DNA of 64,000 bases from Chrysomallon squamiferum (taxonomy: Eukaryota; Animalia; Mollusca). The position numbers and the translations under genes are program-made. How positions within the stretch are numbered: the first letter of the stretch is position 1; every line of letters starts with the position of its first letter. This document shows positions 15,912 to 30,632 of the stretch, in pieces. Under the pieces are notes generated by a model that was given only the letters and a program-made list of their open reading frames with translations, was not told the DNA's origin and did not search any database. Where the stretch lies: contig CM022670.1 in the NCBI GenBank assembly GCA_012295275.1, forward strand, positions 4,278,001-4,342,000. The letters run 5' to 3'.

Positions 15912-18199
15912 TTTATTATTTTTTTTTTATTATTATTATTTTGCAAATTTAGGAATAATGACTTCTGTCCTTTCGTAAATGTAATCGAGTAACTGATTAC
16001 TTCAATGCCCGTTCGAAATCTGTTACAGTATTAAAAACATTCTTGTATGTTTCTGTGTTTGTAGTCACGTCATAAGGATATTAGCAATGAGTAGCGAATA
16101 ATATCATTCCTTTTTTTTTAAAGTAAAGATTCGTATTTAGGGTAATAATTTATTTATTTATTAAATATATATAATAATCTAATTTTGATTTTTGGCAATG
16201 CTATTAAATAGTTATTCTTTATAAAAATTTCGAATTCTGTTTTTACTCTATGACAAATGAATACAGGGGGATAAAAGCGTAAGACATAAAAATAAAATAT
16301 CAAATTTCAATGGATTTACAATTCGTACGTCATCAAGAAATAAAATGCCTTATTTTTTACTTTATAGTTATTAAAGATTGTCAGGCATGAACTGTTTTCT
16401 AGAAGCGTGACAGTTTTACAATATCGCCAATGCCATAAAAACAAGCTCTGACATACTTCTGTCAAATAATGTGTAAACATATATTTTTTTATGAATGATT
16501 CTTTCCCAAACAATTTAGACTCTGATTTATTTATCTTATCTTGAAACGACCCTGAAAACTGGTCGTTTTCCTCCCTTGATGGAACTCTTCGGTCCACGAC
16601 CTTTTGTATCGGAATAATAAACTGTCCATTTATAGAAATAAATGATCGTGTTTATTCGTTGTATTTATTTTTATGCACCATAAACACGAAGATCAATGGG
16701 TACGTAATGTGCTGGATCGAAACTGCGTGTAAAAATCGTAAATGTTTCTTCTCACAGGCATCTTGGACCACAAATCATTCTGTCTTTTTAAAGCTGTTAT
16801 TATCACTTACATTTATTTTTTAATTATATGCCTAATATTTATTCATATTTTATATTGAAAGGAATTATGGAAACAAATAAGGTTTATTTCATTTTTGCCT
16901 TTACGAAAATCTGTTCAGATCTGTTTTGACAAGTATTAAAGTATTTTGCGTAGAAAATCGCATACTAAAGCTTTCGATTATAAATTTCGCTTACAATGAA
17001 TAGCCATGTGTAATATGAACAAGACGATTCAGTGAAGATCTCCTTTTAAATACCAACAATTATCACAAATATATACCAATAAGAAACAAATTCAGAAAAT
17101 TCTGATTATGTGATATCTTAAGTAGAATCGCATCTGACCTTGATTTTATTGTTATTATATATTTTTATTATTGTTATAATTATTTTATTTTAAAAATAAA
17201 ATCGTAACAGACAGAATGTTGGTGTCCTGCATATTGCTTTTTTTACCATGTTTCGAAATGCCACATACTTTAAAAATACAGAAATCTTCTTGCTTCTTAG
17301 AATCATAAATCCACTGATACAAAGGTTAAGTACACAAAATGTATCAAGATTGAGAAACCGCTTCAAGAAACAAAGCTTGAAAACCTAAGATTCCTCTGTA
17401 GGTCTTGCAGCATCAAAATGCGAATGTGGTCATGTGATTTACATTTGAAATGCAATTAGTTAAATTTTAAATCCAGGCTGTTGGTGCAGTTCACTGAGAA
17501 ATGTCACTCGAGTGATGTCTGCTGTACTAATGTTTCCCTTAGCAGTAATTTTCAAATCGAACGTTCGTAAATTTCAAACCAAACGTAAAATTCTGACTAG
17601 AATGGGATTTAAATGCCAAAGACTAATTACCCCAAATCCGAACGAACATGTCACCTTTGCAGAGCTGACACCCTGGGGCTAGCAGATTGTGTTGAAAATC
17701 ACTTCTTTTTTCATTCGCTATGAAAATAATAGTTTTAATGAGAACAGGAAGAATATTAAAAGGCATACATCTAGTTACCCCTAAACCTAATTACAATTTT
17801 GACAACATTATAAAAGGAAGATTAATTTTTTTTTTTTTTTTTAAATTTACTTTATTATGACACACAGTTTTACATAACAGTAATATGCAACAGAAACGCG
17901 TACCTTTCCTAAACAATTTACATTAAGTACCTGTTAATTGTTTAACATGTATCAGAAAAAAATTGAATGTTGTCAGACTAATCACCAGACTTCTTATGCA
18001 CGATGGTATTGTCCACCTTGAAGCAACTTGTAAATATATGAAAAATATAGAAGTTAACTTAGAAACATATTTTGTATTATTTTCGTATTACCTATATTTG
18101 GCTTATTACAAACAGTACGAAGCAATTTTTAATGTTGTAAACATTTTATTTGAATGTGTCTTTTCGTTTTTAATCGAAAATAAAATCTGAACTGTCCAC

Positions 18200-18299
<100 letters not shown>

Positions 18300-20411
18300 A
18301 GTAATGGGTTTTTAAAAAGTTATTAAACTGAATATCAAACGCAGAAAAGAAATAAACTCTAGACATTATTAACTTGAAACGTCTACAAAACATCCGTGAC
18401 ATTTTGCGGTTTATTCCCCACGGTGTGTTCATAATTTGTAATACCGCACAGGCTGGTGCAGTTACACGTAATAATCGTATTTTACTGCAACGATTTCTGA
18501 CAATCTTTTTTTTTCAGAATTGCGTGATTCCTAAACGATTCTTCGTTGTGTTATATTCATGAGATCTGGATTTTCACCAGAGGATTGCAGAAGAAGAAGG
18601 GCGCCATCATCACAATGAATATATATTTTAAATATAAAATTAATTTCATAATAGAGAATAAAATAATACAGTTAAAGACAAAGATATGTACCTTTACATT
18701 CTCTGATCTGTTTCATACAAGTGTTATTACACAGTAAATGAGATAGAAAATATTATATAAATACATGATCAATAGTCATGAAATTAAATTAACTTGCACA
18801 CGTGAGTGCAAATATATATATATATATATATATTTTTTTTTTCAGTACAATATTTTGACTTATATAATGTAGTTGCTAAATCGTAAAATAAAATTTCGGA
18901 TTGTTTTTATTGATTTTTTTTAAAATTAGAATTGTCTGAAATAAGGGAAGCTAATACTTTATATAAACAATACGTATTTATTAAAATGTAAACCTTTGTT
19001 GAGACGACAAAATGATCTTTCAAAATTATGATTTCACTTTGACTGACTACTAACTATTGCTAATAATAATGTATTACGAAATAAAATAGTACTGTTAAAA
19101 AATATTTGGAATGTGAGAAAAATATGAAATCTGTTTATGGAAATGTACGATTACACAAATATTTAAGATTATTTGTATAAACCCCGCAGTGATCCGAATT
19201 CAGTAATTTATGTTAAACCAGTCGTTCGTGAAACTGAAAATAACAGATGAATACAATTTATTTAGAGACGTATCTAATCTTGCCTTTTTAAATCTGTGTT
19301 AGAAAGCAAAGTTCCATGTTAGTTCTTTCAGATTCGTCTGTAACATTTATTATACTGACAGGATGCAAATGAAATGTAACTGTAACCTCAGCAACATTTT
19401 TCAACATGTCAAACCAACGTGGACGTTATTAAACACCAACGTACATTCGCTGACATTCTGAGTACAATTACAGGTCTACATGATCCTTTTGAAGAATCCG
19501 TATATGTAAACAAATAACGTGCATTCCTCAAAGCTCCTGCTAATGAAACTCACAGTAATAATATTAGTTTAGTCTCGGTTTCAGAATAGACTTTAATCGA
19601 GTCCCTTTGTTGTGTCGGGCGATCAACCAACCAGTATCGTTAATTAATCTAATTTAAAATAATTGACTTCTGTAATTACTGTAATCTTAATACTGAGTAC
19701 ATAATATAATTTCAGAAGTATAAATATTAAATACATGATGAAATTACTACACTTTAAGTATTAAATGTAATCTTAATAATATATTAATTCTGAAATTATT
19801 CCTATCTTTATAATGAAATAAATGAAAATGAACGTTAACTGAACCTGTTTTAATATTAACGGTTGCTGTGTGTGAAACATTCGGTCTTTGTACATTTGTG
19901 AAATAAAAACTGAAACCCATTAATCAGTACAGTGGTTTTACTGTTTTAAACTATACATTTACATTAAAGAGAAATATAAATTATAATTAAAAAAAAAAAA
20001 AAAAAAAAAAATAAAAAAAAAAAAAATAATAATAATAATAATAATAATAAAAAATAATAATAATAAAAAAAAAAAAAATAAAAAAAAAAAAATTAAAAAA
20101 ATTAAAATTAAAATTAAATTAAATTAAAAAGAGAGAGAGAGAAAAATTGATATATATGGAAATAACGTTAAGGATATACTATTTCCTACTGAATAAGTTT
20201 TTTCGAACTGAAAAATAGTTCTTGATATTAAATATGAATTAAAAATAGTTCTATATTTTCGAGGATTTGGTATCAGTATATATTATAACTATTACTACAA
20301 CTACCATTATTACTTCTACTACAACTACTATCGCAAAACCACAACTACTATTGGTATGTCTTTACCTCTGTTACTGTATAAACTATAGCTGTACTTATTA
20401 GAACAACAGCA

Positions 20412-20463
<52 letters not shown>

Positions 20464-21052
20464 ATAATAGTAATAATAGTAATAAACTGTATAAAATTAC
20501 TGACTTTAATGCCAGTATCATTATTTGAAAAGACTAATCTATCTCATATATTATACGTCCATAACAGACTATAAAGTAATTTTAATTGCTGTTTTTCCTG
20601 ATTTCTAATAAAAAAATCAAAAAAAATCAAGCGAAGATGAAAATAGGACTGGACCTTAATTACTACAAATATGATTAAAAACGAGTAACTTTCTAATCAA
20701 CAGAAATTAGATATAACATACATCTCCGAACTCAAAAACATTTCAAAAAGAAAACAAAAAAGGATATAATATTAAGAAATAATTAAGCTGAAAGACTATA
20801 CTCAACAGACCTATAATCTTGTATACTTATTGTTTATTGAAGTCCAGATTCTGTTAAAACAGACGGAAAGGGTAGACGGGGATATTACTTCTAGTTTTCT
20901 CAAAAATCAATCAGCTGTCGATACTGCTTTCAATTACCTGTAATTTTATGCGGTGATGATCACAGGCTGGCGATAACCAGGATATTGTTATTTTTCTCGG
21001 TGTGTTCACTTCGCTCTGACGGTTATTTTCGGCTGCCAACCAATAACAGCTC

Positions 21053-21180
<128 letters not shown>

Positions 21181-21491
21181 CCACTGTGAATCTGGTGGTG
21201 TTGATCGTGTGATGATGGAAGAAGTTTGGATTAACAAGATCATGAGTCTTATTTCAGACTGATAATTCACTAGTAGCTTTGCTTGTATAATACTATTTAT
21301 TTATTTGTTTGTTTGTTTGTTTGTTTGTTTGTTCGTTTGTTTATTTATTTATTTATTTATTTGTTTGTTTGTTTGTTTGTTTGTTTGTTTGTTTATTTAT
21401 TTATTTATTTATTTTATATACTTATTTTATTGCTATTATTGTTTTTGACAGTTGGTGTTGTTATCGTTGTCATTGTTATTAATTTAGATAC

Positions 21492-21525
<34 letters not shown>

Positions 21526-22169
21526 ATCATCATCATCATTATCATCATCGTTATCGTTGTTGTTGTTGGCTGTTGAATGTACTGTTGTCATTGTCATTGT
21601 TATTAATAGTGTTAATAGTATGATTACTGTTGTTGTTGTTGTTCTTGTTGATGTTATTGTTGTTCTTGTTGATGTTATTGTTGTTATTAATTTTTTATTT
21701 ATAATTATTGCTGCGGTTTCTTCTTCATCTTCTTCTTCTTATGATTCTCATATATTAATATCTTTACCAGAAACTCTATAGTTGTTCTACAATACAATCA
21801 ACCCCTAAAGGTGTAAAAAAAAAAAAAAAATAATAATAATAATATTGATTAAATCTTAAAATAAAGAAGTAGTTTTTTAGTGAAATATTTTTCATAACTG
21901 TTCTGCCAAATGCTTAATGATTTATGTAACAGTAAACGTGGAGAAAGAAAAAAAATGTATGGTAATAAATAAGCCACCAGTTAAAGCCGTCATATATAAT
22001 TAATTACCGAAACATCCAAACACTCCCCTTAAAAGCATCGATCTCATAGAGTTTGATTTAGAAGGTTAAAAAAAAAAAAAAAAAAAATGAAAGTATAAAT
22101 TGTAAACAAAACATAAACACTTTTTAATATTAAATGTTATTATTGGTTTCTGTAAAATTATGATATGAA

Positions 22170-22400
22170 AGACGAAATGGATGACCCTCGCAAACGTTTC
22201 TCTTACCGTTTAGCAGGAAGAGATCTTTAACATGCACTTTCCCATAGACAGGAAAATAAATACATATCCCGTGGTCTTTGATAAGAAATTACTGAGCAAC
22301 TGAAGAAGGAAACAGTCCAAGGAACGCTGTGAGAATCGATCCTTCTTCCATTCTTCCAGTGATATCTGAGATCAGCTTTCTATAATGCAGCTAGAACTCC
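22170..22400 (-). mobile_element. Old SINE-like fragment (same apparent family)
   Basis: ttagcaggaagagatctttaacatgcactttcccatagacagg...gtggtctttga...atcgatcc resembles the central domain of gastropod tRNA-SINEs (recalled, not searched). Confidence 0.45.
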
Positions 22401-23689
22401 TGTGATCTTTTGAATTTTAAAATAAAAATATTTTCTAATTTTTTTTTTTTTTTTTTTTATATTTTTTGTTTCTCAGCTACAGATTATTGATGACAGGAGG
22501 AAAAAATTACATACATGGTTACCCTTTCTGTCCTCTCCTTGGTGTGAGGCCAAAAATTCGTAATTTAATGTAACACGCTCATGCATCGGCGTCATACACT
22601 TAGAATGTTCCGCCAACTGTTAACTCGAAACAAACTGGCCATCTTCGTTTATTTATCAGGAAGCACGACAGTGATACATGAACTCATTTTATAAAGATTA
22701 TTTAAATTCAGTTTTTGTCATTTTGAAGGATACGAATCCCCGAAACGACTCTCCACAGTTTCATTTTAAATCTTTAATTTGAAAATACGATGTGCTTTGT
22801 TCCTTTCGTATGACTATTCTCAGACATGTCTCGTTAGAGAGTCTGTAGATGAATGGGTAAAGTCTCTTCATTCAATAAATATAAGATAGCGGTTAATTTA
22901 TTTATTATTATTTTTTTATTCTGAGGTAACAATCGTTCTTTAACGCCTGGCTTTGTACTGATTTTGTTCAGTTACTGTAAAGTAACAGAAAAATTAATTA
23001 ACTGATTAATTAACTGAAAATAAGTAAGTAAGTGAGTGAGAAAGTGAATGAAAAAAAAAAAAATTAAATAAAAACAAACAATTACATCATCACCATCAAC
23101 ATCAAAAAATTTTCCTTGTCAGGATTTGAAATCCTCAGTGTCGATCCTGGCTGATGCTATAAATTAATAAATGAAGAAAAGAAAGAAAGAAAGGTGAAAA
23201 AATATATAATTAGATAAAGGGAACAATCCAGAAACATTATCGTTAATAACTAAAAAATTAAAATCTTCAAACGAAGAAAGAGAAGAAACATTATCGACGA
23301 TAATCTGTGTTGAGACTAAAATTATATGCGTACACAATACAGAGTTATAGAACTTGTTTCTCGTTGACCAATATAAATGAAAATTAATTTTCTCGAACAC
23401 ATCCGGGTTTTGAGCCTTTCAGTGAGCGGTTAATGGATTAATGTGAGACGCCCACGTAGAAGTTGTTTTCTCGCCTAACAAATGATATTTTATATGCGTT
23501 TTATCAAAACAAAAATAAATTATTTATACAGCATTGGACGAAACTGTGTGCATTTGTGTGTTTATATGTGTGTGTGTGTATCTGTGATGGTGTGTGTAAT
23601 GTGTGTTTATATATGTGTATGTATGTATTTTAGGAATTTGAATGTTCTCTGTATTATGTACGTCTGATTAGACTCTGCACGTAGACAAT

Positions 23690-23805
23690 ATTCAATCACG
23701 ACCTCACAAACCCGTCAGATGCCGCTGACGAGACTCGAACGTATGGCGCCCATTCACACGCACCCCGAAGGCGGACGACATTACTGTTCGGCAATCAAGA
23801 CAACC
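23690..23805 (-). mobile_element. tRNA-derived SINE head (degenerate)
   Basis: Minus strand reads GGTTGTCTTGATTGCCGAACAGTAATGTCGTCCGCC...GTTCGAGTCTCGTCAGCGGCA, with A-box-like and B-box (GTTCGAGTC) motifs but no intact cloverleaf; abuts a (TATG)n tract. Confidence 0.5.
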
Positions 23806-25893
23806 TTGTATGTATGTATGTATGTATGTATGTATGTATGTATGTATGTATGTATGTATGTATGTATGTATGCATGAATGAATAACTATATGGTGATTAT
23901 AATAAATATATTTGTACGTGTATGCACATGTAATTATATTATTATAAATATATATGTTTATAACCTGTATATATATTATGTATAAGTATGTGGATGAACG
24001 TTTATGAACGTATATGCATATACACAACCCGTAATATTTGCATTCTTTCTTTTATTTATTAAATATTGTTTAGCAAATATTTATTACACCAGTTATTAGG
24101 AATAACATCATTATTTAAAAACGGACAAAGACTGTTTTTCTGTCCAACCACTCGCCTCTGTCCAGCAAGTCCATCGTGTCTCTACCTCTTTTATTTCCAA
24201 TCAATACACAATCAAAGTCCAAATCACTTCGAGTTCCGCAAATCTTGTGAATAGAATGCATAAGTGTCCACTTCATTAGGGTCGAATCCAGAAATATCCA
24301 GTAATCACTGTTTGAATTTTACAGATGGCGTGATAATAATTTAGCTGGATAAATCTCTTACACGTTAGACTGGCACTAGTGGGATTGTGGTAAGAAAGGT
24401 AAGACGAATTTAGTGTCCCAATTCGTATACAAAAACTGAAATACATTTAACATTTAAAGTCTGTTGTAAATGTTAAATATCATTATTGACAAGCTATTAT
24501 TTTGTTTTTGAACATCAAAAGAATTTTAAAGATGAAGACCAAATTATTTTTTTTTTTTTTATTTTAATTTTAAATGAACATGAAACGGGTTTTCGAAAAT
24601 TGAACAGAAGTGAAAAAAACAGAACCCCCCCCCCAAAAAAAAATAAACCAAAAAAAAACACCAATATAAATAAATTAAAAAATCATAAAAAAAGATTAAA
24701 AAATACATAAATAAAAAAAATCATAAATAAATAAATAAATAAATAAATAAAAAAAAATAAAAACAAAAGATAAGATTTTTACAAAAGTGTACAGTAAACA
24801 CCAATTTTTTATCATATAAACTTGACAAAAACGAAAATGTATTAAGCCTGCTCAGAAAAATCAAGCTCATTTTCTTAACGCTAAGGATGATCAGTCATTT
24901 GGATCTCTTAACAGCGTCACTATTTCGTGTTTTATCAAACAGCTTCTGTAATACTGTGCTCGTCTGGTAATCCTTTGTTTGAATTTGTCGTGAAGCGAGG
25001 CTTCGACCAAAGTGACCATTAGCTGACGGACTGATCCAAGAAGACTTGGTCAGATAACGATTTCTCTGGACACTGTGCTGACGAGTCTAATACGGCTGGC
25101 TTCTTTGATTCCCTTAGCTACTTTGATGTCTCGATACACGGCGTTGGGCTTCCACAACGCGGTGATGACGGTATATAAGATGTTTTAAACGACGACGACG
25201 TCGGTTTCGAAGGTTGCGTGTTGATTAAATTATAGAAGACCTTTTAGAAACATTGCACGCGCTCTGCGGTTAGAATGGTTGGCGATATTAGCTTGCGAAA
25301 AAATAATATAAAATTTCAGGCATGGGATCTGTGTTTGTTTTTATTAAAGTGGTTTATTTTATTTATTGCGTTGATTATTTATAAATTTATTCACTGAATA
25401 TTTATTCATAACGTCTCGTTGTTTATACTGTGTCTTAGAAAAACTTCAGTTTTTTTTTTTGTGTTGTTTGTTTTTTTAAAACACATTTGACTCGAGCGCC
25501 GTTCCATTAACTCGGTAATTCGCCATCAGACAAACGCTCTGTTCCTAAGCAACATTTCGTCACCCACGGAGATTTCGCCATCTAGTCAACAAGAAGATAT
25601 TTTGGGCTAAAAATCTGCACGAGCATAAATAGTCAAATGTATCCGAACAGAAATAGAATACCTAGAGGAAAGTATTACGCTAGGACTACCGAAGTTCGGA
25701 AGAAGCCAATTTGTCGTCCAAAAAAGGAAGGACCTCAGGACACAAATAACGCTAGCTGTTTTATTGGCTTTAGTGTTTCTGAACCACACACACACACACT
25801 ATTTCAATTATTTTTCTCTTTCAACTTTCACTCGTTCATTCAAATTATCTCTCTCTGATTTAGTTCCTATCTATCTATATTCACACACACACA

Positions 25894-25936
<43 letters not shown>

Positions 25937-26195
25937 CAATCTATCTTCTTTCTACTTGGCGTTCTTTCTTTCTTGTGCTGATATCTGTATATAATTATAA
26001 CGTATTTGTTTATATAACTTTCAAAAATATATTTAACAAAGATCTTATATAAATGGAAGATCACACACAACGTTAATAATTATTTACCAGTATTCTGAAT
26101 TATCTTAAACGTTTCTTTGACTCAATCTTTATAGAATTGTTCCACACATACAGGTGAAAGAAAATCGCCAACATTTTTTGTCTTGCCACATATAG

Positions 26196-26247
<52 letters not shown>

Positions 26248-27979
26248 GGAAGTATTTTAATCGAATTTTAATTATTATACTAAAGTTATATTTTTAATGT
26301 TTAATGTGAAAGGACTGCTAATATGTCTGCGTTCTGCATATATTAATGCATATAATTACAAACGTATGTATGAACTGGGTGTCCTTCCATGGCAGGCTCA
26401 GTCTTATTTAGTTCATTTAATGTTTGGACGAGATGCCCTTTCAGTCGCATGACACAAGATAGTTGTGTACGACAGCTCGTGGGGTTTTTCTCATGTCTGC
26501 GGAAAGGCTATCATTCTAATTACAACTGGTAAAAGTAATTAAAACACGGAGTAGTGTCTTGCAGGTTACGTCACTCGTAAAGCGTCATGTATCATTATAA
26601 CAAGAACAAAACGTGACTGGCGTCTTAGTAACTTGCTAGAATATGTTGATGTGACTTAAAACGTTCATTTAATTTAATTCTCAATTAAATGCAAGTGCAC
26701 AAATTAACTGCAAGCATATCTGTAATATATGTTGGCACCTGGAAATCCAGTATTTACTCTCGTTTGGATGGGTGGATTCTAAAAAGTCTGGTATCATTGT
26801 CAAGCTGTTATCGTGCTCTATTCAGCTCAAAGGAAGTTTTTAAATCCATTTGCTAAGGCTTTAAAAATATTCCCCAAAGTCTAATGAGTATGTAGGTGTG
26901 CGTACGTAAATACAATATTATTTTTTAACGTGGAACGAATTTTCCTTGGCGATCGTGTTAAAATAAAAATGTTTTGTTTTAAACTACACGCGTGCAACTA
27001 TTCTTACTGCGAATAGGCCTGCTTATATAACTGAATATACTTATTTTTGATTAAAATTATTTTAGTTAACCTGGGGAAAAAAAGTAATATGAACATGATT
27101 AAAGTACGAATAAACAAGGCATCAGACCAGCATATGAACGCGATTTGATTGGCTGAAATTATTACACATTTTCTGCTGATGCGAATGTTTTGATAACCGA
27201 GATACATTTACAGTCTATCAACTATGTGTCGGGGCGTGTACCTTAAACTGTGTACCAATACACATATTGATTATAGCACCATATTGCTTGAATATAAAAT
27301 AAAACATGTTATATGAAATGAATATATTACACACTTTTTTTTTTTTTTGTTGACTTTATTTATTTATTACTTTTTTTTCAAACTTACAATGCATTAGTTT
27401 GCAATATATGGTTTATATTAACAATAATGATTTTCTGTATTTAGTAGTAGTAGTTTAATCATTACCTTTATTTTCTGTTGTAGTTTATATAATTATTTTC
27501 ATATGTTTATAATAACAGACCTATTTGATAAAGTAAATAAATACAGTAACCTTGGAGTTTAGATCAGTACATTTTCAGTCTGACTGTTTGTATTAAAAAA
27601 TGTTGTTACTTGACAATTATATCACTTTCAGTATAAATATATAAATTAATTAAAATTATATTCGTTGTATAAATTATTTCATTCAGTTCCTGTCATTCAT
27701 ATTTTTCATTTATTATACTTATTACTGTTTTTGGCTTCTGACATAAGATTGCTGTGTTACTTTTACAATATATTTTAAATAGCATACACTTTTATTAACT
27801 ATTTTATTATTGTTGTTAAGTGTCCTGTAATCAATTAGTAGCCCTCTTGTTAATGTGATTATAAAAAATGTTTCTTGCTCTTTTTCATTATTATATAAGA
27901 ACATTTTTTATTTACATTCATACTGATCTGTTCTCTCTATCTGCACCGAGGGAAGAATGACTCAGCCCACCCAGTTGTG

Positions 27980-29430
27980 TTTTTTCTTCTTCTTCAGTAT
28001 TCATGTTTCTTCTGTCTTCCTCATTTTTCTGATTCTTTTATTTTATTTTTTTGTTTTTATTAATACTGTTTTATGATTATTATGATAGGTTTCTTTTCTT
28101 ACTTTCTTTTTCTTCTTTTCTTAACCTTTTTTCTTCTTGTATTTCAGTCTTCATATTTCTTTTTATTCTAATTTTTTAATTATTATTCTTCTTGTTTCTT
28201 CATAAGCATGTTTTATATTTATTATTACTGTTTCATGATTATTGTGAAATTTCTTTTCTAGTTTTCTTGTTACCATTCTTATTCTTCTTTTGTCATCTTG
28301 TTTCTTCTTACCATTTTCATCTTCATCTTTCTTCTTCCTATTCTTTTGCTTTATTTTATTTTTAATTTTTTTATTAATACTTTTTAATCATTATTTTGAC
28401 TGATTTCACTTATTCTTCAGTTTTAGTTTCTTCTTATTCTTCTGTTTTATTGATTTATTCATTCATTCATTTATTTATTTATTTATTTGTTTATTTGTTT
28501 ATCATCTTTTTTATTATTATTCTTTTTTTTTTTTTTTTTTTTTCTATTTTTATTCTTCTGTCTTCTAATTTCTTCTCATTTCTTCATATTGTTATATTTT
28601 ATTATTATTCTTTTTTTAATACTGTTTTATGATTATTATGACTGGTTTAATTCTTTTCTTGCTTTCTTCTTACTTATTATTCATATTCTGATTCTTTCTT
28701 CTGTTACTTCTTATTCTTCAGTATTCATTTTTCTTTATATACCTTCCTGTTTTATATTTATTTTATTATTACTGTTTTATGATTATTATGATTTTTCTTT
28801 TCTTGCTTTTTTCTTACTTACTATTCTTATTTTTTTTTGTCACCTAGTATTTACCTGTTATTTTGTTTTGTTATTTTTTCATATTCTTCTATCATCTTGT
28901 TTCTTCTTATTCTTGTCTTCTTATTATTGTTTTCATGCGTCTTCTTTTTCTTCACCTTGTTTCTTCATGAAATCTTATTCTTCTGCTGTATATTTATTTA
29001 TTTATTCATTTGTATTAATTCAAAGTTTTCATTATCATCATAACTTTTTTCTTCTTATTCTTCTTATTCTCCACACTTCTTGGTCTTTATCAGTTTTCTT
29101 ATTCTTTGTTCTTGATGCATGTTTGATATTGCAATTATTTTATTATTATTGTGATTGGTTTCTCTTATTCTGTGATCTTCTTGTTTCTTTATATACTTCT
29201 TTTTTCATCTTTCTCGCAATCCATGTTTTATCTTTAATTTAATTATTGATTTATTTATTATTTTTTAGTTATTTCCTTTCCTTTCTTTTTTTGTATATTA
29301 TTATTGTTCATATTTATTTATCATTATTATTTCTAACTGATTTTTTAATTCTTATTTTACATTTATTTTAAATTTTTTATTTTCATTTTTCAAAATATAA
29401 TTTCAGTTTACATATTATTCTTGTTTCTTC
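27980..29430. repeat. Degenerate pyrimidine-rich minisatellite / low-complexity tract
   Basis: actgttttatgattattatga...tttcttttct recurs near 28065, 28227, 28379, 28621 and 28771. Confidence 0.75.
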
Positions 29431-29446
29431 ATAATTGACTGTTTTG

Positions 29447-30062
29447 TTAGACATATTTGATCCTTTATTATTATCATCATCATCATCAAAACTTACTTTT
29501 ACCTTATGTAGGCATGGATACCATTCGTACAGAAGTAAACCTGCATGTAACAACATCAGTGTAGTACTGTCAGTATTATTTTATATCTTAATCAAGTTAA
29601 TGAAAACAATTACTTTAATTTACTCATCGTTAATATCCTATGAGTATGAATTATTCGGTGAAATGAAATTATATTTATGTTAATACTTATAGTCTTCTTC
29701 CTAAGTCAAAACTGACTGCCACTGAAGACGTCATATTATTATTACCATTTTTTTTAGACATATTTGATCCTTTATTATTATCATCATCATCATCAAAACT
29801 TACTTTTACCTTATGTAGGCATGGATACCATTCGTACAGAAGTAAACCTGCATGTAACAACATCAGTGTAGTACTGTCAGTATTATTTTATATCTTAATC
29901 AAGTTAATGAAAACAATTACTTTAATTTACTCATCGTTAATATCCTATGAGTATGAATTATTCGGTGAAATGAAATTATATTTATGTTAATACTTATAGT
30001 CTTCTTCCTAAGTCAAAACTGACTGCCATTGAAGACGTCATATTATTATTACCATTTTTTTT
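29447..30062. repeat. About 307-bp near-perfect tandem duplication
   Basis: ttagacatatttgatcc...gaagacgtcatattattattaccattttt starts at 29447 and again at 29754. Confidence 0.95.
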
Positions 30063-30329
30063 ACATTTTAATAATTTTGTCATATCATATACGAATCGTT
30101 ATGAGGTGTTCCGAGAATAGATTTAGCGGATTTTTACGAAAAATTACGAACATTATTATTATACCTTACTCACATAGTCAGTCCTTTTTCAATACAGGGA
30201 AATTAGAGTTGTGTCCCTTCCAGTTACCTTTTATTGTGCTGTTAATGTTGTTCGGGAGAGTGTCGCCAAACGAAACAGCGAAAGCAGAATCAGTAGTAAG
30301 AGATTCATTTTCAAACCTAGATAAAAAAC

Positions 30330-30361
30330 ATGGCTCATGTGAAGGTGGATATCGAATACTG
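30330..30361 (+). CDS. MIEN1: MIEN1-like exon 1 (MAHVKVDIEY-C)
   Basis: aaacATGG start context; donor TG|gtaaga, phase 2 fits exon 2. Confidence 0.88.
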
Positions 30362-30573
30362 GTAAGATAAATTTAGAATACCATTGAAATGTCATTGAAA
30401 AATACAACTATTTCAGATATGTACCTTCATTTCATATTTTCTTCCTTGATAAAACTGATTATGGCTATATTAGTATATATGGTTATCTGTCTTGAACATG
30501 ACTGCGCAAAAAACTTGTATACTGTTAAATGTAGTTTTCAAAAGATATATAGTCTGTAGCTTGTGCAGGTTCA

Positions 30574-30632
<59 letters not shown>

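Noticed and set aside
23720-23805. Possible functional tRNA gene (including tRNA-Sec, given the nearby selenoprotein)
   Set aside because: Acceptor, anticodon and T stems do not pair properly and there is no UCA anticodon loop; better explained as a SINE head
28487-29242. Longest ORF (251 aa, F/L/I/Y-rich, looks multi-pass membrane)
   Set aside because: Product of a T-rich degenerate minisatellite that lacks stops by composition; no family motif
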